From Ruditapes philippinarum (taxonomy: Eukaryota), in assembly GCF_026571515.1 (NCBI RefSeq), contig NW_026861034.1, positions 1-64,000 on the forward strand: a stretch of 64,000 nucleotides of DNA. Reading direction: 5' to 3'. Positions 53,697 to 64,000 of the stretch are shown one piece after another (position 1 is the first letter of the stretch; every line of letters begins with the position of its first letter). A model generated the notes under the pieces. That model had not been told where the DNA came from. It did no database searches and saw only the letters and a program-made list of their open reading frames with translations. The translations under genes and the position numbers were made by a program.

Positions 53697-56600
53697 AAGC
53701 CCAACATGGCATAATTGTTAAATGTTGCAGGCTCGGTTTGATTGAACCTGTTCATGGATGGTACTGAAAAGTGCAAGTTACCGTCCACGCCCCTAGCACC
53801 AGCTTAAGCAGAATACATCATTTAAACACAAAATGGTGGAATTTTGAATTTAGTTACATCCGCAGATGTGTTCATACGGCGGTTGTCATGGAACCTTCAA
53901 TGTGACACAGAAGTGTCATTCCATGAAAAGCGGCGTATGGTCCCCAAGTCAAAGAATGCGTGTGCCCTAAACGAGAAACAATGGGCGGAACTAAATAAAA
54001 TGGAATTTTGAAATGGGATCTGAAGTTATAAAGCCTGCATATCACAGACAACAGAACGTAACTGTTTATATCTTAAAGCTAGTAATACTTGAAGGCAAAA
54101 TTGCAAATAGTTAAATTTAAAGGATTTTTTTCTTAAAAGCGTAAAAATAAATTAGATTGTGAGTAAATGTAATTAAAAAGATAGATTTCATCAAGGAACA
54201 CGTCCATACGTGAGTTATTGCAATATTCAATTTACCCTTATCTAAGAACAATGAAAATTGAGTTTTAAGCAAAGCGGTAAAAGGCTAGATGAACAGATAA
54301 TTGATGAACATTAAATTGTATCAGTGTAGTGGAAACAATGACATCGGTATGTTTGTGTGAATTAAAGAATGATTAAAAAGTTCCTTTTTAAGGTAATTGG
54401 GACTATATACTGATTAAAAAGAACTATTCCGTAAAATGCTTGACGGTATTTAATGAGAATTTTATCCAATTAGATTTTAGTAAGATATACATGTATAATA
54501 CAATTAAATTGAACCTAAATTCATTTAAGAACTAACCTACATACTACAACACTGACACATGAAGTAAACAAAGTTAATTAAACTGTGACAGTGACATGAA
54601 TGTTTTTCAAGCCGTTTGATGTAATACCATACAATAATTTACCCAACCCTGTTTCAGATGTTCTCGCATCAACCACATTTTTTCCTATTTCATAAAAACA
54701 TAAAAATGAAAAAAATTCCAAGGAGTAACGGTTATCAGCCGTAACGTTGAATTAACCATTGACAAATTAATTAATAATTAATTCTAAAAACGCCCTCGTG
54801 ATATAATTCCTCGCATCCGAACTCCAAACAGTGATGTTATTGAGCGATAAAATCACTGTTTGGGATATATCTTTTCTTAAATGAATATATGAAAATAAAT
54901 TGAAATACATGTAATACAATGCTGCACCTGAATTTATTTACGGTATAATATAATTCCACAAAAAGGTCATATAATGCAAATCGGAACACCTACTATTACT
55001 CATGAAAATCTCTTAATATGGACTGAAATTGTTCAACGACGTTGTGTTTTAGATGTAAACAAAAACAGAAGATGACATCTCTGTATCATGTTTAACTAAT
55101 TTATGCATTTGACATCTAAAGGAAAATAAAGGAAACAGTCTTTTACGGCGAATTTATGATTAAAACAATATGTATGACAATCATAATCACTTGAGAAAAA
55201 GTTCAGTGATGTACAATTATGTCGACATATTTCTATTTTGTACTTTCGGTTTGTATAACCATACCATAATGATACTAAATATATGAAAAATGTAAGGTTT
55301 ACCTTTATATCTATAAATTTTTGAAATTTATGCGACATATTTGAATAAACTAAGTTAGCAACTCTCATCATTTAATTACCATTTCTTTACATGTAGTTTC
55401 TTAGCGTAGGTTACATCGAAATGTAGTACTCTTTCTTCTTTGTTCGCGGTTTTTACTCTAAGATAGACGGAAATGACGTAAAAGTTGCGATTGATATAAT
55501 GCCGGTCAAACTCAAATTGAAAACATCAAAAAATATATGTGATAATAATTCTGAAGTAGAAAGAAAGTTGTCAAGGGATATTGTAAAATGTAAAAAGAAA
55601 TCAACTTAACATAAAATTTATTATCTTGCATGAAGAATACTTTTAAAATATAATAATCGTTTGATTTAAGAAAGATATAAAGAGAACATTTTTATTGCGA
55701 ATCAATCAAAATAATTGATTGTTAAAGTAATAAAAATGAAATTGAATGCCGGACAAATTATCAAAATCCGTTGTATATATGTAGCAAAATGACACCGTGT
55801 TTCTCTTGTTAATGTTTTTCTTTGGATGAAACGTTTAGGTTAACGAACTCTCAGACAACTTGTAAACAACTTTATATGCCAGAGTACATAGTTTGTCTAT
55901 CCTGGTGTTATAAAGAAGTAAATTACATACATTTTACAATAAACAGTCATATATTACGCTATTTACTCTTGATACTACATACATTGACAGCTGTCGTTAT
56001 TATTTCGTAAATAAATTATGTAGAATATGAAATGATTTTTAACGAATATTTAGATAATCACTCAAGAGGACTAATAGAATGACCTTAACGAGAGATAGTT
56101 ATCTAAAGCAGTTCTCACTGGAATAAGATGACGTCTAGAGAAAATGCGTGTTTCATAAGCGTTAATACGAAATATTTGAAAGGGGTGTCCTTGTATGAAG
56201 TTTGACAAACATAGACAATACAACTGGTAAAGTTGTATAAATTAAAGACACGAGAATCATGTATTTGGGGTTTAACACTAATCTTAGTAGACTGGACATA
56301 TAGCTGCAAACATGGACTAAAATACGTACATAATCCTATTGATCAGCCAAATCGTCTGTAAACAAAGATAACAAATATTTGACAGCGCATGGACAGCTGT
56401 TTGTGAACACATTGACAACTCAAGGAAGTTACAAATCAATATTTCTAGCAGAATACCAAAATATTATTTCTCTGAAGTTATCACAGCCAATTCAACTTTT
56501 ACAGGGTTACGTAATTACTGTCAACAGAAGCAAATACTTCTGTTGCACGTAATGTACTCATATATTTTAAAATGTATCTATCTGCGTGTACAATTCATAT

Positions 56601-57190
56601 AACTCCTTTTTTCATGATGTATCTTTATAATTTATTGTTGATTAAAATATTCGGCTTATGATATGTACAACGACCAGTGAACTAGTTTGAATGATAAAGT
56701 TTGTCTTTTAAAAGCTATTTTTATCATGGAAAGCAGACATTGAAAGCGTTTGCAACATTTTTTATTAAAACATAATAATACAGTAAAATTCGATGGTGCT
56801 AATTCTCTGAATGAAGACAGGAAAATACATTCCTTCTTAATTTACTTCTTATATGGAATATACTTCTTATAAGGAACATTACTGTCGTCTGTTTATTAGA
56901 ATTTGTATATTAATCAACAATGCAATATTAAAGAAATACTCTGAAGACAATTGAATGAATGATGTTATAAGAAAAAATGACACATCATATCGAAATTACT
57001 TTTTGAATAGGTTATTTGTCAATTGTGATTATATTTTTACGCATCTAAAATCTGCAAGTTAAAGTTCTTGAAATTCATGAAAGATCAATATTAAAATCAT
57101 TTCCAATTAATAAGATAAATTAATCTAATCCAAAAGACAAACTAAGTTTTTAGAGTAGATATAAACATCGGCATAGACGTTTATGAAAAT

Positions 57191-57720
57191 CTGGAAGAAG
57201 GGTGTTCACTTGGAAGAATTTATCATTACTTGGAAATCGCAGACTTGGTTTGATTGACTCTGTTCATGGGGGTTAATGAGAAAGTGCAGCATCTCTCACG
57301 CTCTCTATCAACGGCTTGAGGGGTACTCCATCTTCAACAATTTAAGTGTTGGAGGACCAGAAAATACGAAAATACTGAAATAAAGTAGGGGGCAATATTT
57401 TACAGCTGCCACACGGCACTTGACACCTGCTGCTGTGAAGTTCTGGAAGAAGGGCGATACCACGGAAGCAGTAATCCAACAAAATTTCATGAAAATTGCA
57501 GACTTAGTCTGATTGAGTTTGTACATGAGGGACAATTAAAAAGTGAATCATACATCTCCCACGCCCCATAACACTAGGTCATCGATACACAATTTTCAAC
57601 ACTACAAAGTGCTGAAATTGATGATGCCGGAGGAACAGAAAAATATAACAACTCAGAAGTGAAGTACAGGACAACTTTTTACAGTTGCCATACGACACTT
57701 GACACCTACTGTTGTGAAGT
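57191..57720 (+). repeat. Head-to-tail dimer of divergent ~252 and ~279-bp monomers sharing the family A core (subfamily B)
   Basis: CTGGAAGAAGGG at 57191 and 57443. Each monomer has GCAGACTT.GT.TGATTGA...TGT.CATG...CACG and TTTTACAG.TGCCA.ACG.CACTTGACACCT.CTG.TGTGAAGT. Confidence 0.8.
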
Positions 57721-58909
57721 ATGAAGTAAGTAAAGATTAAAATCTAAACTAAGTATTGATTATGAATTTAGATACAAATAATATGACTGTGACGATTCCG
57801 GATTGGAATCATTGACTTTTTAGGTTTATAAAAATTTACAGGATATAAAGGTTGACTAGATTTACCTATATTAAAGGATGTTATGATCAGTGTTCTGCTG
57901 TAGTGTGTTTGAAATCATTCAGTTAAGTTGTTATTTTGGTAATTGTAATTGTATGGAATACTTGATATTTGGTGGGAATCAAACATTTCTTTTAAACTGG
58001 AAAGTTATTAATTATTGAGTTCTGTTAAATCCTCGCCCAGAGAACCATGCAGCGTTACAAAACTCATCAAAGAAGTTTGATATTGCCAAATTACTAGTGT
58101 AAATTATTTCATTAGTGTTTTTAATTCATAATATTCTTGATAAAATTGTCCTAACGGAACTAACGGACGCAAATCATAGAACACAGAAAGGTCTATTTCT
58201 AGGCCCCATGGCTAAAATGTGTGACATGTTTAATTATGTGACATCCAAAAACCTTAAATGTTTAGATGCTTTCTTATATTGATTTGAAATTGATATGATT
58301 AACTGAAATATTTTGCACCTTATGCATTGGCGGCGCTTATGTGAACTAATACACCGTTGATGATATATGGTAAACAAATTGACGTTCAATGAACGTTACA
58401 TTGCCTAAGTTATGTAACTATACTATCTATTGTCATCTCTAAAATTAATTTTTACAAAATGTACAAGATACGTCAAATTTTGCATTTCTAAATCTTACAG
58501 CTATTAGACTAGGCTTATAATGTATTTAATGTCAGCTTCCATCAAATTTATGAAATAGAAATAGAGATAAAATTACAAATAATTTATCCGTCTTTGTATG
58601 GCATCTTTCATATCACATTAACATTATCTAGTCTGTTCTCTCCTAATTATTACAATTATAAAATAGAACTAGGCTAATGACAGAAAACTTTTGAAGATCA
58701 TTGATGTAATATATAATATTAGTGCAGAACCAAAAATGTGATAAAGACATTGAAAACAATGATCGCACAATTTCAAAATACTGCCACAGTCTGGGGGATA
58801 TACATTTACATGTAGCACGGGTTCCCCGGCCCTTACTGTTCGTCTTTTCCTCTTTCCGACTGCCCTCTGAAAACAATAAAGACTTACTCTCAGTGCACAA
58901 GTTAATGTT

Positions 58910-59220
58910 ATGAGATGGGTTTGTGGGTAACGGTAAAAATATCACCCGAGGAAAATACTGTTACCCGAGGCCTTAGCCGAGGGTAACAGTATTAATTACG
59001 AGGGATGATGTTTTTACTGTTACTCACAAACCCATGTGTTATTTATTTTATTACCCCGAACAATAACTGTGATGATTTTTTATGACTTTATTTTATTATC
59101 TTTAGAAAATAGACAATGTGACCAAATTAGTCGCAAGGTGCACTTGCATTAACATTATAAATAACTCCCGGTAGCCTTTGGGAAATAAACAATACACAAA
59201 AAGTGAGGGCTAATAATAAA
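58910..59220 (+). mobile_element. Internally deleted palindrome-bearing (Crypton-like) element, same family as 48282-49200
   Basis: Hairpin 58915-59035 centred on CGAGGCCTTAGCCGAG. 59130-59220 is reverse-complementary to 48282-48372. Confidence 0.7.
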
Positions 59221-61074
59221 AGTTGTGTATGGTATATTTTGTAATTTATTTCTTCTTTTTGTTTGTTTGGATTTTACGGCACGTCAACACATAAATGGCC
59301 ATATCGTGCCGAATGCTTTTATTTCTTCTTATATATATTCCTATTTGCCTTTGAGTCAAATGAATACAATGCAAATGAGCAAATAAATATACCTTATAAG
59401 TAAATAGCTTTATTTGGGGGAAAATGTTTCGTATCAAACTGAGAATCGTTAGTGTCGATGTTTTGCTTTATTATTTCACATCATGTCCTTCTAATTAATG
59501 ATGTAATATTATGCCTGGTTAAAATCGAAATTTAATGGACTATCATACTGTTTGATTGAGAAACTAAAGAAGACTTATACGTATTTGATTGACATGAAAT
59601 GTCGTAAAATTAATTCAGCGGTAAAATGAGAAACGAAGCTCAAGTTTCAGTTAATTACATATTAGTGTTTAAATGTTTGATTATAAATGAAGGATTCATA
59701 AACATGTCACAAATGATGAGAACGAGTTTTATTATGTATAGGTAATTGTCAAAAAATAAAACACACTATAACCGCATATGTTACACTCATCTGCGTGCGA
59801 CATTTTAAACAGCTTATCTTATAGTTATCTCCTAATTACCACAGTGATAAAATAGAACTAGGCTAACGACTTTGACGGAAAACTATAAGGATCATGATGA
59901 TGTGGCTGCATGCATTAAAATAACATTAATGCAGAACTAATCATCAAACAGAAATGAAAAGCCACGTGACCAAAAGCCAAATTATGTTGATATTTTGTTT
60001 TTCTAGAGAGGGGTCCTTGGCCTAAATATTTCTACAAAATGCAACTTTATCAGAATTCAGAGGTGATACATTTATATTTCAATGAAAGTTTGCCTAGGAT
60101 AACTAAGTAGTTTTGAAAATCACTAATTGCAACGTTCGAAAATGGCCATAAATGGCATTTGACAATATATTTCATCTTTAATAGATATTTTTGTCCTGAA
60201 ATTCACTGCAATATTTAGACCAGCCTTCACATGGAATAAAAAAAAGTAAATGGCCAAATGCGAATACTGGTTATTGAGTTGTAATGAAAATAAACAAAGT
60301 GCAATATAATAAAATCGCTGTGAAAGAAGTTTTATGTTAAACTTGTTTTTTTTCCCGCAATTCATATAACAGAATAAAAAGCATTGACATATCTTTTATC
60401 ATTTGTGTCTGAAATAATGCACAGAGGGGCACCCGAGGTCTTCCTCCAAAGTTTAAACTGTGTTTGTGAGACGTTAAAGCCAACTAAAACAACACGATAG
60501 TTTGTAAAATGGTGAGGCATGGTTTCAGTGTGAAAGCGAACATTTTCGTGTGAATCAGTTTAATTATCTCACAAATCGTATAATTTAAATTAAGACCATG
60601 AGTATATAAAGAAAATTGTCATACAATTTTGTTTTTAATTTCTTTACAGATAAACCTATTATAAAATAGATGATTTATCTTTAAGCTATTATAACATTTT
60701 CAAGTGACAATTACTTGACTTCTGACTGTAATGTTCCGCCATAAACAAGTCATTAATAAAACAAAAAAGTGAAGGCTTTCACATGGTGCTAGATTTATAC
60801 GAACGTAATTTTACTAATATAATCGTCAAAGATTGTTAAAGGGTTAACGTTGCGTTGACGCTATTGTAGCAGAACAATTTTTACAAGATTTATGATGTAT
60901 ATTTAATACAAAAATATAATGAAATCCTTGTGCTTGGACGGTATTTATCAAATTTAACATGTTTAACGTATGCATTTTATTGTTCCGGGGTCAACAACTT
61001 GAAAAATACAAACGCCCAGAGCCGAACGAAATGCTTTAATTTAATAAAGCTTAACATTGGTGATTTAACACTTA

Positions 61075-61250
61075 AAGGGGCCAATTGAAATGACATGGGC
61101 AAATTCAAGTGTGACTGTCACAAGGATGCTACAGACCAAAGTAAATCTGCCCAGCAGCTCCAGAGAAGAAGACGATTGTTGACGCATGACAACAGACGCC
61201 GGAGCATTCCTCTTTGACCTGAACCTTTGGTTCTGGTGAGCTAAAAGATA
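61075..61250 (-). mobile_element. Remnant of a Helentron-associated/pearl-like element
   Basis: The minus strand begins TTTTAGCTCACCAGAACCAAAGGTTCAGG, followed by GGCGTCTGTTGTC. Confidence 0.45.
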
Positions 61251-62526
61251 AGGCACGTCATATTTATATAATCTGGGCATTTCCTGTAACATATTTAGTT
61301 CATTGAATTCTTAAATATTTGAAATTGTCACATAAACCAAGACGCAGGAGTGTAATAAACACATTTAATAAAACGATATTACACAAGTAACACTTTGACA
61401 CGTCATTTGCGTTATACAGAAACATAGCGTTAAATCTTAGCATTGCATTATTGGCGTGGCGACAAAAAGAATGACACTTTTTTTAAAAACTAAACACTTT
61501 TTTAATTTTAGATATTTGATAAATAGATTATAACATTCGTGTAGATACAATACTAAATGTATTCAACTCGTTAAATAAATTTAGTATTTTATCTACAATC
61601 ATTTAATATCCTTTTAATATATGGCATTGATAAACAAATAAAAAAAGTGAAACTGTTTCATTCGATGCTGCATGTAACCCGTGTGAAAGAAGTTAGCAAA
61701 TTCTTATTATTTTTATATTTATAGACCCGTTTGATATTAAACAGAAAATTTGAAACTTATGTTATATTTAATGTATTTATCTACTTTAAAAGAAACTAAT
61801 TAAAAGAAATATGCGAAACAATGACTCAGATATTAGTGTGAGAACTGCCACATTGCTTTATGTCTTTTCAGCAGTAATTGTCGTAAGGCAATAAATATTG
61901 TATTGGATTTAATATGGCTGTCAATGAACAATTCTAACACTCACGTGAATTTGTCACTATAGACAAAGAAGGAAAAAACGGGTGTTAAACTGACAATACA
62001 CACCGGTAACGGACTATATGTTATCGGCTGTTCTTTTTACTACTACACACACCGAGTCAAATTTTCTATGCGTTTTTACTATTATTTTTCGTACCTAAAG
62101 AGCTTTCGGTATATGATATTATTATACTCGTAAACAAACAATTTACTTCCTCTGATAAAAAAATATATACTTCTTTCTAAATCTCGTTCTATCGATAAAA
62201 TTTATCAATGAAAGTCACGTGACGTAAACAAATCGTAGTAAAAGCGTCTCTAACGTAGTAAAAAAATGAAAAATGTCCCACAGTTGCCGTATGTTCCGTT
62301 TGTTGGGTTGGTTGTGTTTGTACTGCTAGGAGGCTTTGAACACCGCCTTTCCTTGTCGATCTTGTTCATCATATTTGAAGGGAAATGGACAGTTGTTAAT
62401 CATATATACGATGGTCTTGTGATGAAATGTTTGATACAGTCTTTAGAAACTGGGGAAACTGCAACTCGTTTCAACTATGAAATAACAGAGCTAGGGACAA
62501 CCAGCTATGCTGATCTAAATACATAT

Positions 62527-63949
62527 ATGATGGAGGTTGCTGGGTTTAGTTGTGAAGACTTAGACTGTTTAGATGAATCTTTTTTAGATAAATGACTTTG
62601 AAACATTTGGTGATAATGTGGAAGAACAAGATGCTGTAAAGACACCTAGCAAGAGGTTTAAGTTAGCATCTGATGAAAACTTGAAAAAGTTGATTAACAC
62701 TGAAATTACTACAAACAGACAGACTAAGTGTAAAATTACTAAAAGGTAGACTAAATAATTCACTATCATCACCACATAAAGATAATTCTGATAATCTTTT
62801 TTTTTAAAATATCGACAGTATGAGATTATTGTATACAAATGTGGATTTTAAACCACCTACTGTATTTAACAGTAATGCTACAATTTGGTATTCACCTAAT
62901 GGATGTTATGCCAAATTTAAATTTGATATTTCTAAAATGAAAAAATGTAAATTCAAGTGAATCACATAGCAGTACAGTTGTTGGTGCAATTGAATTCTAA
63001 CTTTTTCTTTGAAAATGTAGATATTCATATTAAAAGGTAAACAATAAACAGCATTATAAACATTATAAAGTGAAGTATTAAATGTACCGTAAACTTCCTA
63101 TTAAAGGCCCCTCCCTTAATAAAGACCCCTTTCTCCTCCAGTCCTTTTGATATGGAAACAAAGTACTATCAGTAAATCCATTAATATTATCTAACTCATT
63201 CAGCATCTGTTTTATTTTATACTAAATACAAACATTTATCATATTATAAACTTTAAAACCTTTTTAATGTTACTACCAACACTTGTTTTCACTTATTTCT
63301 AAATGTTTTTACAATGATTTTTGGATTTAGGGAAAAAAAAATGTTATAATAGCCCCACCCCTTTAGAAAATGTTTAGCCACCTCTTGGTTTAATAGGAGT
63401 TTTACGGTATCACTTTTTAATTTTGGAACACTGACTCCAACTGTATATGAATTACACTTTCAAAACTTCATTTAAATTAAACTAATTCTTTCAGTAAATG
63501 TACATCTTATTCATAATGTATATGTAAATGCACTTCAGAATGGATGACAGCAGCTGGATACCAAAGTCTTTCGTTTGAATGGTTGCCAGTAGACGAGTTG
63601 GATGTATTGCTGCAAAGATTTTATGCAGCTGTCCGCACAAAAGATGGAAAAGAGTACTCCAAATCAGCATTGCTTGGTTTGCGTGCAGCTGTGAACAGGC
63701 ATCTGACATCACCTCCAGTGTCGAGAAATGTCAATATCATGAATGATCGTGACTTCTGTATTTATCTATTTTGTCAGGCTTGAACGAGAGGGGAAGTTAT
63801 GAGTAAACACAAGGAACCAAGTTGTGATGAAGATATTGAAAAACTTTACTATTCAGGTTTATTCTCTGATAGTTCTCCCAAAACATTGCAAAATAAAATT
63901 ATTTATGATGTAATTTGTCAGTTTGGCATGCGAGGCAATGAAGGTTTAA
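62527..63949 (+). pseudogene. Crypton-type tyrosine recombinase (DUF3504-like) pseudogene, two exons, truncated by a family A insertion
   Basis: Exon 1 ...SKRFKLASDENLKKLIN...VKLLK(g| at 62745); GT-AG intron 62746-63538; exon 2 |aa)EW...ELDVLLQRFYAAVRTKDGKEYSKSALLGLRAAVNRHL; then, frameshifted, KHKEP.CDEDIEKLY...SPKTLQNKIIYDVICQFGMRGNE, which carries the first catalytic Arg motif. Confidence 0.85.
63087..63407. mobile_element. TA-flanked MITE inside the Crypton intron
   Basis: TA|CCGTAAACTTCCTATTAAA ... TTTAATAGGAGTTTTACGG|TA. Confidence 0.8.
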
Positions 63950-64000
63950 GTTCCAACATTCCTACTTGAATAATGTTGAATCACCCTTAGGATATGTTGC
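63950..64000 (-). mobile_element. Family A copy A5 (runs off the window)
   Basis: gttccaacattcctacttgaataatgttgaatcacccttaggatatgttgc matches 38441-38491 with one mismatch. Confidence 0.85.

Larger units (their letters stand above)
51384..54051 (+). mobile_element. Family A copy A4, split by a 2.3-kb DNA transposon (51384-51416 + 53703-54051)
   Basis: aatagagaaaagcagaatccctaaagaaagccc | aacatggc...gcaggctcgg... rejoins into the family A sequence. Confidence 0.88.

Noticed and set aside
62670-62700. CTGATGA..GAAA hammerhead-like string
   Set aside because: No credible stems I-III, and it lies within Crypton coding sequence.
58910-63949. Palindrome at 58.9 kb as the left end of the Crypton gene element
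   Set aside because: Comparison with 48282-49200 shows that this element ends at ~59220, so no physical link is supported.

Overview
AT-rich eukaryotic DNA with no intact host gene that I can recognise. The repeat repertoire (GGTCAAAGGTCAAGG core repeats, Sola-, Kolobok- and IS3EU-type MITEs, tRNA-headed SINEs) suggests a mollusc, probably a bivalve; this is inference. The window is a layered transposon landscape: a young 5'-truncated RTEX-like LINE (6131-8455), a ~9 kb tandem duplication (~11.5-20.7 kb / ~20.7-29.2 kb) built on ancient, mostly minus-strand LINE relics, many nested MITEs and SINEs, and a decayed intron-containing Crypton tyrosine-recombinase gene at the right end. Two observations stand out. 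(1) An unclassified non-coding mobile family occurs at eight loci in four divergent subfamilies, with head-to-tail units of 630 and ~250-280 bp. Its copies share a covarying, strand-specific secondary-structure core that I could not match by eye to a known ribozyme. (2) Five long palindromic elements from four families with unrelated arms all carry CGAG/CGAG tandem G.A modules on one strand, which suggests folded single-strand recognition sites, possibly for Crypton recombinase. All alignments, folds and identities were judged by eye and need computational confirmation.
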